64,000 bases of DNA from Iphione sp. A-MEVVRFRX5 (GCA_976226885.1 OZ320321.1:12338001-12402000); one strand, 5' to 3'; positions 1 through 11,857 are shown, numbered from the stretch's first letter. Numbers and translations: made by a program. The notes: generated by a model not told the origin, from the letters alone.

Positions 1-15
1 TGCCTGCCACCGCGC

Positions 16-1494
16 CTATTCGCTGTTCCCGGACGGTGGCGTTTGTGCGTTTCCCTTCCGATCCGTTTTAGTGGTGTCCTTTAGTTTAGGGCAATCTTGC
101 TTAAAATGGTCTTCAGAGAAACAATTCCAGCAAACAAACTTTCCCTGAGCATTTCGCCCAGTACTCTTCACTTTACTTTTCTCTCGTCGCGGATTCAACT
201 TTGGCGGAACCATTGGCTTAGCTGGTTTTGGGGCCACCGTTGCGACGGGCTTCTGTATTTCTTCCTTCAACTTCTGTATCTGTTCTTTCAGACTGTCTTC
301 TGTAACAATGGTGCGGATTTTCTTCTTTTTAGCGTACATTTCTTCCATTTCAACCACACGGATTGCTTCTTCTAAGGTTTTAACGTCAGCACGCATACAC
401 TTCAATTCAAGTTTATCCCCCAGTGCTCGCTGAAAGAATGCCACAGAAAAAGAATCTCTGGTTTCACGGTCAACTGCAGGATAGGCCCTCCTCATTAACC
501 TACGGACTGTATCTGCAAGTTCCTTAGGCAGCTGGTCCTTTTCCCTTCTTAGAGTAGTCAATTCCTGAACTGCACGGACTTTCTCTCTCCCTCGTCCGAA
601 ACGGTCCTGGAGCGCTGCTACTCTCTTCTGGTACGTAGATGTCTCTGCCGAGGTCAAGTCGCCGTAGAAAGAACGGGCCGAACCTGTTAGGGACAGTGCT
701 AACATGCTCTTCTTCGTCGGGAGATCCCAATCGCTCACCCGAGCCCATTCTTCGAATTGTGAGTGCCATCCCTCCCAGTCTGCTTTGCCATCGTATCGTT
801 CCGGTTTGAGCAGGGTAATACGTGAGGGTCGTTTCGCTACAGCGGTCGTTACAGGCTTCGGTGATGATGAGACGCTCTTCTCTATCTTGCGACGCAATTT
901 CCGTCTGAGTTCCGACTTCCTGGCTTCGTCCGTCAGGGATTCGCTGCCAGATTCTTCCTCGGTCTCGCCGGAATTCTGCAAATCGTCTTCTTGCTTGATG
1001 CGACGGTTCCTCAGCCGATACTTGCTCCTGTGCTGAACAATGATAGGAGGAGTTCCTGGAAGACGCGGATCTATCCGAGGAGTCCGGTCGCTCTGACTCC
1101 CAACACTGGCATCGTCTCCATCCTCGTGTACAGGGGGGTCCTCTCCATCCTCGTGTACTGAATCCGGCGGCTGCCCATGCCCAGGGACAGGGTCGACATC
1201 CTCGTCTATTACCTCTATCACATCCTCGTCCTCGTCCTCGTCCTCGGACGGCTGGTCGTTCTCCACGTTCACGTCTATCGGTATCGGTTGAGGTTGTGGC
1301 CCTATCGGTATAGGCTGGTCGTTCTGCTGGTTGTTCTGCGGATTCTGGATAGGTTCGAACTGCGGGTCGAGTTCCGGTGGTAGATTCTGGTCGGGACCCT
1401 GAGGCGGCTGATCCTGGTTCCCATTCTGGTTCTGGGGAACTCCCTGGTCCTGGTCCTGGTCCGGGAGGATCCCGTTCGCTCCGTTGGCTGCCAT
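16..1494 (-). CDS. gag: Ty3/gypsy-type retrotransposon Gag (capsid-like region plus C-terminal CCHC zinc knuckle)
   Basis: Uninterrupted ORF with first ATG at 1494-1492 (the track starts one codon earlier at a GTG). Contains the gypsy-gag-like segment KPERYDGKADWEGWHSQFEEWARVSDW...KKSMLALSLTGSARSFY and a CX2CX4HX4C knuckle (CWNCFSEDHFKQDC). It lies just downstream of a PBS and LTR. Confidence 0.92.
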   Translation of the reverse strand: MAANGANGILPDQDQDQGVPQNQNGNQDQPPQGPDQNLPPELDPQFEPIQNPQNNQQNDQPIPIGPQPQPIPIDVNVENDQPSEDEDEDEDVIEVIDEDVDPVPGHGQPPDSVHEDGEDPPVHEDGDDASVGSQSDRTPRIDPRLPGTPPIIVQHRSKYRLRNRRIKQEDDLQNSGETEEESGSESLTDEARKSELRRKLRRKIEKSVSSSPKPVTTAVAKRPSRITLLKPERYDGKADWEGWHSQFEEWARVSDWDLPTKKSMLALSLTGSARSFYGDLTSAETSTYQKRVAALQDRFGRGREKVRAVQELTTLRREKDQLPKELADTVRRLMRRAYPAVDRETRDSFSVAFFQRALGDKLELKCMRADVKTLEEAIRVVEMEEMYAKKKKIRTIVTEDSLKEQIQKLKEEIQKPVATVAPKPAKPMVPPKLNPRREKSKVKSTGRNAQGKFVCWNCFSEDHFKQDCPKLKDTTKTDRKGNAQTPPSGNSE

Positions 1495-1562
1495 CACTCA
1501 TCTAGGCGTAGCTTCGTTTTTCTGTTATCAGGAATTCGAAAAGTATTTCTGTTTCTCTTCTT

Positions 1563-1585
1563 TTCGAATCCCACCGCTGCCACCA
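1563..1585 (-). other. Primer binding site complementary to the 3' end of tRNA-Leu
   Basis: The plus strand reads TTCGAATCCCACCGCTGCCACCA, matching the 3' end (with CCA) of metazoan tRNA-Leu(AAG/TAG) as I recall it. It is 3 nt from the LTR boundary. Confidence 0.9.
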
Positions 1586-1588
1586 AAA

Positions 1589-2023
1589 TGTAACGTGACT
1601 AACGTAGAGAGAAATGACAAGTCAACGGACCGAGCAAAAATAATCTTGAGAAAAAGTAGAATATAAGTTTCACTCCAATATACACTAATTCGTTGTGCAT
1701 GGAATGGTCTCTCTCGTATGTGCAAAGAGAAAGGGTCTGTTTATTCCAGAAAACATGGGTTTATATATGACAGTGTTACATAAGAGTTGCTAAAAATAGG
1801 ATGTCTAGACACCTGCATATGCGCAGCAAATAAACAGTCCGCGAAGTACCCCAACTACGCAGCACCACAATCCGTGAGATACCTCTACTACGCAATACCT
1901 CTATTGGTCCGGAAGTCGTCACGGATCGCACCCTATCCCGGATCGCGGATTCCGTTGCGGACTATTCTCACGGACCGACCTTCTCTCTAGCACTATACAC
2001 TCTTATGACATGCCTACGTTACA
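1589..2023 (-). mobile_element. 5' LTR (435 bp) of the gypsy element; the element continues beyond the left edge
   Basis: Perfect 8-bp terminal inverted repeats TGTAACGT...ACGTTACA. Minus-strand TATATAAA (1767-1760) is followed by AATAAA (1745-1740), and the PBS is adjacent. Confidence 0.9.
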
Positions 2024-2685
2024 ATAACAAGGGATTTATAAGGAAGATCAAGCCTAAAAAAACACCCATGGTGTCTTATTCTTATACCTTATGCAGCAAT
2101 AATGCCCTTTCCTTCCTCTGCCTATTCAGATCCACTTCGTAGAGCTACAGAATCAAAATGAGGGTCTGAGATATGTTGGCTGTATTTCTGCCCAGGAAGC
2201 ACCCCATGACAGAGTTTGAATAGTGACAGGAGGTACTTAATGTCACAGGGAGGATCAACTATTTTGGTGAAGTGTTATTGCTTATTTTAATTCCACGTGA
2301 AACGTTATTTACCCTCCTATATACATGTGAAGGGCTATTAGGCATATCCTGGTGAAGCGTTATCAAATAATTAATTCCACGTGAAGCATTACTTGCCGTT
2401 CCTTTAAGCGTTACAGATGGTCTGAATTCTTGGTGATGCGTTATTGGGTACCCCCGACCCCCCCTGTAATGTCTTTACCATCACAGTCTGGCCTAGGGAC
2501 CTTTTCACCTGGAAATATTTGTAGTTTTGCATCGATTGATCATAGATTTACTATGCAAGTCGGGGATGTTTTCCTTATAATTTGGAGACCTGGATATGCT
2601 TTGAGATGTTTTTGAAGTTGTACATGGTGTGAGTTGGTTATAGAAAGTGTTGTTTATGGTGGAAATTACACTACTCCCATCACGC

Positions 2686-2870
2686 CAGTATGTTTGTCTG
2701 TGGTCTAGATGTTATCCTTGTTTGTGGTCTGGCTGCTAGTATGCTTGTCTGTGGTCTTATTGTTGGTATACATGTCTGTGGTCTGGTTGCTGATATGCTT
2801 CTCTCTGGTCTGAGTGCTGTTATGCTTGTCTGTGGTCTGGATGTTGTTAGGCTTGTCTATGGTGTGGATG
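2686..2870. repeat. Degenerate 24-27 bp minisatellite (core TGTGGTCT)
   Basis: Recurrent ATGCTTGTCTGTGGTCTG units. Confidence 0.8.
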
Positions 2871-4379
2871 CTGTGGTCAGACAGATGCGCAGCCACTGTC
2901 AGCAGTGTTCTGTCAGCAGGGTTCTTCACGTGACCAAGCCCCACTAGGTGGAGCTGCCTTCTGGAAAGTATAATCAATGTATTTGATGTATTCCGATTAT
3001 GTATCAGTGCTTATCCTATCTAAGACTGTATACTCACCATATATGTGTTAGCACTGAGTTAAGTAGTTGTCTTGAATCCAGGGTTTTGTTGTAGTAAACA
3101 TATGTATTCATGAAGAAGCTTTTTGGTAGTAGTAATATTATTATTGCTGACAAAGACATTAAATGGATATGCAGATGATGGACACGGTAATAGAAACCTT
3201 GAAACCTTGAAATGTGAAATTTCTATCGTCTGCGAATTTGCATCATAATGCAAATAAGGACTAAAACCTGACCAGTTATTAATCTAGATACGTCAACTTA
3301 ACATCATGAGTATTAGTATTACTCGTAACTAAGTATGATATACTGTCAATCCCTGCTCTTGTGTCATTGCAGTCATCGGTGGGAATAAAAATCTGAACCA
3401 TTGTACCATTATATAGTATGGATCATATTTAAAAATAAAAACGTTCTGAAATCTCTCAGATCTCTCAAATCTCAAATATCGGTGTGCATATATCATTTTA
3501 TGTACATGTACATAACTACAGCACCTGGCGAACCTAAACATCTATTCGCCACTATTATATGTCATAGACTGCCCCCCCCCCCCCCATTAGCGGTCCGTGA
3601 GCTGAGTGGTCCCCCGCTCAAGCAGGGACTCATTTCTCCCCTTTCCGATGCTTGCCTTCACAAACAAGCAAGAGTTTTTATCAGAGGAGGAAGCCGAGAA
3701 GCCACACTAAGCACGTGATCAAGCGAAAGTTGCCTCTCGATGAGGCCCCATTTCCTCCCACTTGGCGCGCGCCGGGCGGCCGGTCCCGCTGGTGCCTGAT
3801 GCGATTAGTGACGGGAATAATTTCATTTACGCGCCAATCAATGATGCTCACACATAAGCCTCCCGCTTCAGTTTGGCTAATCCTTTCTGCACAGGTGTCA
3901 TGGAGCTAATGCAACCTGGCTGCCAACGCTCTAATTCACCGGATCCCACATTCCTCTCTTGTTTTTTGTTTTTGTTGGTTTTTCGTCTACCAGGCCGCGC
4001 GCATCGTGGCTTTGGGCGTGTCTAGCTGTTCTGTCTCCTCCCCGGGATGTGGAATACTGTGTCTCCCCGGTGAATTCCATGAAAATTGGTTCTGATGTTT
4101 AAACGTCGGTCTTTTGGTAATAAACTACAATACCCATTAAGCTTTTTTTTCATCAGAAAGGAAAAAGATAACGTGGGTCTGAAAGCTACACAGACAAGTA
4201 GGCCTACTGTACTCTTATCGGTATGGATATACTGCGTATGTATACATATATATATAGAGAGAGATAATGGGTCTGTATATAAAACATAGACATGTGCGTT
4301 AGATATAGAAGAGCGCGGACAGCCGGGTACTTGGTGTTCACTCAGGCGGAGCCACTGAAAACAGAGGTGTCAAATAGTG

Positions 4380-5845
4380 CTACCACACCTATACAGAGAG
4401 AGANNNNNNNNNNNNNNNNNNNNNNNNNNNNNNNNNNNNNNNNNNNNNNNNNNNNNNNNNNNNNNNNNNNNNNNNNNNNNNNNNNNNNNNNNNNNNNNNN
4501 NNNNNNNNNNNNNNNNNNNNNNNNNNNNNNNNNNNNNNNNNNNNNNNNNNNNNNGAGAGACAGGGATAAGGACAAGGACAGAGACAGTGCTACTACATCT
4601 ATACAGAGACACAGAGAGACACACACATACACATAAACACCTATACATTTGTATGCATACACCCAAACACATATACCTGTACACATCCATACACATATCT
4701 ATGTATGATCGGTTCCAGTGAAAATAAAGTTCTTAACAAATACACATGTGAATTCACACAAACACCAAGACACACCTACACACATCCATACACACACCTA
4801 TACACACATCCATACACACATCTATACACTCAACTAAATACATGTCTACAGATGCATACACCTACACACTTTAATACACACTTCTAAACACACAAGTACA
4901 TAGATGTCTATAGACACATATACAGCTACACACATCCATACACATCTACACACTCAGCTACATTTATGTGTACAGGTGCATAAACCTACACACATGCATA
5001 CACACATCTATACACACAACTACACACATATCTATAGACACATATATCTACACACATCTAGACACACAACTACACACATATCTATGGAAAAATACACCTA
5101 CACTCACCAATACACACACCTATACACACAACTACACACATATCTATAGGTAAATACACATACACATGCCAATACACACATCTATACATACAACTACACT
5201 CATATCTATGGACAAATGCACCTACACACATCCATACACACATCCATACACACAACTACACACATATCTATAGGTAAATACACATACACATGCCAATACA
5301 CACATCTATACACACAACTACACACATATCTGTGGACAAATACACCTACACTCACCAATACACACATCTATACACACAACTACACACATATCTATAGGCA
5401 AATACACATACACATGCCAATGCACACATCCATACACATCTACACACTCAGCTTCATTTATGTGTTCAGGTGCATAAACCTACACACATGCATACACACA
5501 TCTATACACACAACTACACACATATCTATAGACACAGCTACACACATCTAGACACACAACTACACACATATCTATAGACACATATATCTACACACATCTA
5601 GACACACAACTACACACATATCAATGGAAAAATACACCTACACCCACCAATACACACATCTATACACACAACTACACACATATCTATAGGCAAATACACA
5701 TACACATGCCAATACACACATCTATACATACAACTACACTCGTATCTATGGACAAATGCACCTACACCCATCCATACACACATCTATACACACAACTCTA
5801 CACACATCTGTAAATATGTATGTGTAGTTGTAGGTATGGCTGTGT
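4380..5845. repeat. GA tract, N-gap (4404-4554) and long CA-rich compound satellite (ACACACATCTATACACACAACT-type)
   Basis: Visible directly; accounts for the H/T/Y-rich ORFs in the track. Confidence 0.9.
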
Positions 5846-6013
5846 GGGTTTTCAGTGGTTCCGCTTGACTGCCCAGGGTTGTGACGTAGCTCCGCGCTCT
5901 TTTATACATGTAGCATGAGTGTGTGCGTGAGGGGGGGGGGTTGCGAAACATAGCAAGGTTTGGATGGAGCCGAGTTAATCTAACAGAGGGACATTGAGTG
6001 TACTCATTCTTGA

Positions 6014-6351
6014 GGCTGGGTTTCCATGTATGCATGTCAGCATGTTGCCATGTTTGGGAGCATATTTCCACTAATTGCTTGATAATCTGATAACCACAGT
6101 GTACATGCCATGAAGCGTGTTTTCACCATATTTTTTTGTTACACATCTACTGTTAAGCCTATTCCTTAAAAAAACATGCCACTGTGTTCACAGCAAAATG
6201 GGACAATTTCCATTTTGAAAACATGGTACATGCATACATGTTACATGCTTCATGGCCCATGGCTACATTGGCACATGTGTGTATTCACCCAAAACACACT
6301 GCCGATATGACTTCACATCTCAGGCCTACACATGCACATTGAACTCCAGCC
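6014..6351. mobile_element. Old PIF/Harbinger-like MITE
   Basis: Left end GGCTGGGTTTCCATGTATGC and right end GCACATTGAACTCCAGCC; the interior resembles 12086-12290. The TSD is not preserved. Confidence 0.5.
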
Positions 6352-8358
6352 TATATATCTACATCTAATGCCAAATAGCACAGAGCATTCCATAGGTTCT
6401 AGGCATTGACATATTTTAGTAACTAGGTGTAGAGAATGCCAACCTCTAACCAGACTACATGTATTTGTTTTTCATCTGTGTAAAGTTGGAAAAGACAGAA
6501 AGGAATTTGAATCAGGACAGGAAATGAAAGGACAATGAATTAGAGGACAGAAAATTAGAAGACAGCGAATTAGAGGACAATGAACAAGGGTTATAAGACC
6601 CACAAGAGTGTGATGGAAGGCCAGACAGTCAGCCAGCAGTATTCCTGAGGTGTCCCCCTCTCTATGAGGTGGGGGATAATTAGAGAAGTGGGTGAATCTT
6701 ACACTCCACACCACACTACATTCTCACACTACACATTCAGAATGTTTACCTGGATAAGACGACTCCTTTTTCTAACGTGCCTCATCCATTCTTCGTCCAT
6801 TCATCTACCCTTCTCTGTTTCTATCGGTTTCTACCTTGTGCCGAGACTTAAATGCACAAGAAGACGCATTCGTCTTTCCTGCATTTAACGGCGCATTTCT
6901 GCTCTGATGAGAAGGACACGAGTACAATTTCCAGTTATGTTCTCTGTATTCTTTCTCTGAACATCGATCTATTCTGAAAATGAAAGTGTTTAATTGACCC
7001 TTGAAAAGGCTTTGTCAGTGTGTCGTGCTGGTAGGTTTGTTAGCAGTATGAAACGGCGACAGGAAGGAGAGAAGCGAATGAATGCATATAGAGACAAACA
7101 TCAATGGAGGTCCCTCGTATGCGCCTGTTTATCATCTGCCCTTGAAAAAAGAAGCTCTATTTATGTGTAGCCACCCCCGCCTGCCGGCCTTCTACATCTC
7201 TCTGTATACCTTCATCCATCAATCACTATTTCCTCTTCTCATTGTTTTACTGTAGGATCATTCACTTCACTTACGATGCCAACATCTTCATATGTCCATC
7301 AATAGGGCATACAAAAAGATATCAAGGTGTCTCCAAGGTAACATGGTGAAAAATGATAGGATCGGAAGGTAGGTGGTATTTTTTTTTATTTTTCCTTTGT
7401 TTCTATGTTGAGTCATACGGAGAGAAACAAATGTCGATGGCAATATGATTTCTGCGGCTTGGATTTTTATAAAAGACTGCATCATTTGAAGGCTGATGAT
7501 GTAAGGAACATACTTATCTATTGAATATGTCTCTCGCATTATTACTTCCAAAGATACTCACAAAACAATAAATAAGTTACAACTGGTCACAATGTAGGGT
7601 CGGTCGGGTTACCGAAAAGACAGATCATTTTTGACAAGGGTTAGTCCATATGATGATCACTATAGGAAACAGCAGGGCAAGCAATTGGAAGAGGAGGTAT
7701 TTTACCAAGACCTTAATAAAGGTTCGATAGGTTGATTCGTTATGACAATCAATAGATCCAGTCAAATACTGTATTGTCTTTGCGAACTTAAGGTTTCTAT
7801 ACTTCTCAAAGTTTTTTGTCTGAAATTGTAGCAAACATGGCGGAGTGGGTTAACGGTTCCGTCAGCAATAATGTTGAGTTTTGTTTGAAAATAGAAGAAA
7901 TCATGACTTTATTCTTCTTTCGGTACTTTGTGAGTAACGTATGGTATGAGCTTGTGGTGCTCGAAGTTGCCCATAGCATGGATCAGTAATGGTGTTGAGC
8001 CAGTTATAATACAACTCGTACTGCTCCCATCTTTGCAGGGTGCCTTATTAACCAGCTACGAAAAAATAAACAAATTTCTGAAAACGGGGAGAGTCTTACA
8101 CGTCCAGTTTCAAGAATCTTGGTAGAGATGTTGCCCTGTGCTCGTGAAATGGTCCAAGCTTATACACCGACACCAAGTTAAGTAATGATCATACACTCCA
8201 TGTATTCACGCACCAGGCTAGGTTCACATCTCCAACACACCTTCATTCCTCACTCTCCGGCTATTGGATAAATCATCTGGAACACCAATTTCTGGTTGAT
8301 TCTTCATATTTACCCTTATTCCAGCCATGTGCTGGGACACAGTGAGGTAACCGACCTG

Positions 8359-8619
8359 TAGTGGGGAGTATGGTGAACAAGTGTATACCAGCACTGTTGG
8401 TATGTGAAAGAAAATAGTTCCACACACAAAGAAAAGGTCATTTATTTAAATGTCAAAGCTGCAATAAAGACAGAACCAATACGGTGAGCTGTGGATGAAG
8501 CAAAATACTCATTCAAGCAGCATTATCATACCAAATTTTGCCTTCCGTCCTTGTTTGGTATTCATGCTACCTGAGCTCCTATTTTGCTTCATCCAGGCAC
8601 ACCATACTTGTTTTGTCTA
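8359..8619 (+). repeat. Dispersed repeat with an internal palindrome of about 150 bp (copy 1)
   Basis: Co-linear with 58413-58674. The arms GGATGAAGCAAAATA...CAGCATTATCATACCAAA and TTTGGTATTCATGCT...TATTTTGCTTCATCC are reverse complements. Confidence 0.8.
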
Positions 8620-9444
8620 CTTAAGTCCTACGTCCCATCAGTCTTGGTCGTAGCCTTTATTTGCCACCTGAAGGCTAATATTGCCGCCATTCCCTGCGAT
8701 CGAGGCAGACACCGCTGCTGAGTCTTAGCGTTTGAAAGAGTGAGTTAATCTATGCCTGCTGTCATGTGACCGGAGTGAACAGAGCCAGCGTCCGCAGCCC
8801 CGCCTTCCACTTTCAAACTCCACACTAATCCACCAGAAGAGGCGTGTCATGGCCCAGGCATCAAACAGATCTGATGTCAGGGCCTTTAAAACACTGCAAA
8901 ACATCTGCAGATTGAATGAGGAGTGAAGGGAGCGATACAAATTGATGCGGTCCTCAATACATATATGCATGATGGCGAGAAATATGTATAGTATACCGTA
9001 TGCACAGAGATATCGAAGTGTAAGGTTATAAAAGCATTGTATTTCAATACGCCAGACTGAATACGATTCAATAGGAGATACTGGATGTATACATTATCTT
9101 TCAGTGGAAATACAAGTTGTTAAAAAAGTAGACGGCAGCGACCCCTGGTGTACTCCTCAGGTGGATCTCCTCGATCCACTGTTAACCGTTGGCTTCTCTT
9201 CCAATGGACCAATCGCCAGACATGTTACTACAAGAAATGTTCACTATTTGTGACGTCATAATAGGAAACCCACCAATGATACTGTGCTATTTTCAGACAT
9301 TGAAAAAATGGTAAACATATATGTAGTAACAGTGTGCCTGTCACTTCAGCAACTCCCTCCATTACTTTTACTCATCCCAGAGTTTCTCTGCACTAAAACG
9401 CAGCATGCTCCATGATTGGTGAATCTGTAAACCAGCTGATCTCT

Positions 9445-9592
9445 CACACAGACATGACAGAGCCCCAGGGCAGACACATAACAGAGTCCCAGGGCAGACA
9501 TACTGGAGTTCCAGGGCAGACACATAACAAAATCCCAGGGCAGACACATGACAGAGTTCCAGGGCAGACACATGATGGAGTTCCAGAGCAGC
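9445..9592. repeat. Minisatellite, about 24 bp (CAGGGCAGACACATGACAGAGTTC)
   Basis: About 6 tandem units visible. Confidence 0.85.
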
Positions 9593-9644
9593 TCCGGCAG
9601 ATTTCGTACTGGGAATCTATATGAAAAAGCTCGTTGTTTTTTTT

Positions 9645-10200
9645 TTTTAACATTAATTTGAACTTAATTTGCTTCTGACCACCATTGTATATTGTTAATG
9701 TCCACTTGCATATTGTTCAGGTCATCAGCTTTAGCTCTTCCATTGCTTTTAATTATAAGATCACCTCCATAATTATCCTCGTCAACTTACAGACCTTATA
9801 AATGTTATTAGCAAATATTAAAACCAACAGAGGGCCTAATAGAGACCCCTGAGGCACTCCATATGTACCTTCCGAAATTATGTTATTTGCTTTTGTCCTT
9901 TGACTACAATCTGACAAATAATTCACGAACCAATTTATGCTTCTTCCAATTCCCATTTCTGTCAGTCTACGTATTACAAACTTATTATAACCTTAATAGT
10001 TTAAAGGCTCTCCTATAATCGAAATAGGTAGCCAGAACAACCTTATCTTTATTCAAATGTTCATGTATATGCTCTTTCTATCTTTACGATATAATTAACT
10101 CCTGTCAACAGTTACTTTGTTCATCCCTTCCTTATCCATCCACGTACTTTGCTTTAGTATAACTCTCGCCTTCTTCACAGAGCATAATTCCACAAAGATT
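9645..10200 (-). pseudogene. Decayed non-LTR (CR1/L2-group) reverse transcriptase fragment
   Basis: Conceptual translation gives HLNKDKVVLATYFDYRRAF, WFVNYLSDCSQRTK and YGVPQGSLLGPLL, then DINNIQW, matching LINE RT motifs (DxxKAFD, GVPQGSxLGP). Frameshifts and stops are present. Confidence 0.8.
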
Positions 10201-10852
10201 TTTCAGATGACCATTCTTAAATACTCTACTTGCCTAGCTTACAAACAGATAAGTACTGAAATTTGTTTGATTCTTGACCTTTATCTCATTGTATGCTTCA
10301 GGACCTTGCTGATTCCCTAGCACCACCTCCACCCAGTAATGGTCACTGCATGTAGTTCCAATTAGTTTGGATTTTGCACTGCAAGTTAGTCAGACACAAA
10401 TCTATTACTGAGCTCCCTTCTCTATTCTCTCTCATTACATGTGTCACCCTCTGTTGCAGACCCATAGAGTGGATCATATTTCGTAGTTGTACGTGTAGTT
10501 TGATCATTTTTGTTCCATTCACTGTTGTAGTCTGAAGTCATTATGATATTTACCCTCGGTTTTGAACTTAAAATATCGCATTATTCCCCCCAGTCCCTTA
10601 TGACCTGGCCAACAGCAGTCTTTAAATTTCCCTCAGCATTATTTTTAGACTCCTTTTATATTAAATCTCCAGCCAGGTTTGCTCAATATTCCGAGTGGGA
10701 GGTAAATCGCTTCATGACCTTTAACCTCATCTTCTGATGTATTTTCTATATATATATATATACACCACTATGCCCCCTCCCCACGTCTTTCCACTCGACT
10801 CTATGTAGTTGATATAATATGTACCAATTAATCATAAATGCATAATCAGGTA

Positions 10853-10986
10853 CAGCAGAGACTCAGTTAAAGATCATCTTGCAGGGGTGAAGAGATCAAG
10901 TTTAGCCAGAACAAAAGCCCTATCCTAGAAGACAAGTGCTCACAGGGGAGACCACCTCTTAGGAGAGACCAAGCGAGGCTCTACTG
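10853..10986. mobile_element. Tc1/mariner-type MITE family A (copy 1)
   Basis: TA-CAGCAGAGACTC...GAGGCTCTACTG-TA; homologous to 17935-18116 in reverse orientation. Confidence 0.75.
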
Positions 10987-11504
10987 TATATGATTATGGG
11001 TCCACATCTCAGTTATTACAGCTATATCTACTTTTATCGTATAATAATCTCTATTGTATCTCTCCTAATTTATTCCATATACTACGAATATTTTGATGTA
11101 ATAACTTGCAACCCCACCATATCAGCTCAGTCTTAACCTTTCATCAATATGACAGTTACTAACATTTGGGAGCAAACATTCTATGTTTTCTGTATCAAAT
11201 AATAGAAAAAAAACAAATGATGAATCGATGCATAAGGGTGATAAATATTTACAGATGGGAGCAGACGCTCCCTATAGGTCATGGCAACTATTGATATCGA
11301 CTGTCACACCCATTGTCCTCCGTATCTTATTTGATAATAAATTCCTCCAGGCACCTATGGGATCTATGGTATCCTATATATTTACTCTTTACGCCTCGCC
11401 AGCTGGTTACCTGTGTGCCATATGGAATCCCATATTTTACCCTTTATAGCTTGAGATACAGCACCTCACCTGTACACTTTACATGAAACATCCATTAAGA
11501 TCAT

Positions 11505-11857
11505 CATTTCATTTTCATTATATCTTTAACTGGAACTAGATATTCAGCTATTATTTTAGCTGTTCTTCCATATTCTCCTGGGGTAGCTCCCTACATCTTT
11601 CGTTGAGAACTGAGAGATTATAATATCTGGGGTTGGCCCCCAATCTTGTTTTGAACAGGTTCCTGGTCTTTTTGCACATAGGGGACAGAACAATATGTAC
11701 CCATGCTCTTTATTACAAGTTTTTGACCACTCTGTGTTGGGACTAGATTAAATACGTCTGGTCATGATCAAGAGTCCCAAGCCCAGGATTGAACCTGTAA
11801 TCTCTCAATCAGTGGACCAGTGCTAGTCAGCGCTCTTAGCAACTGAGCCAACTCCCC
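11505..11857 (-). mobile_element. tRNA-derived SINE (copy 1)
   Basis: Minus-strand head GGGGAGTTGGCTCAGTTG...GGTTCAATCC (A and B boxes), body co-linear with 46146-46491, and an (AAATG)n-like tail. Confidence 0.8.

Noticed and set aside
4292-5551. H/T/Y- and C/V-rich ORFs here and at 22169-22489, 37048-37405, 51751-52253, 52660-53186 and 59857-60641
   Set aside because: They are translations of simple repeats or run through N-gaps.
6748-6905. Minus-strand exon-like segment encoding QKCAVKCRKDECVFLCI*
   Set aside because: All three frames close within the segment and the peptide is too short to support a call.
9150-9230. Minus-strand TCLAIGP peptide reminiscent of a PTH2 C-terminus
   Set aside because: The similarity is only about 5 residues and no other PTH2 exons were seen.
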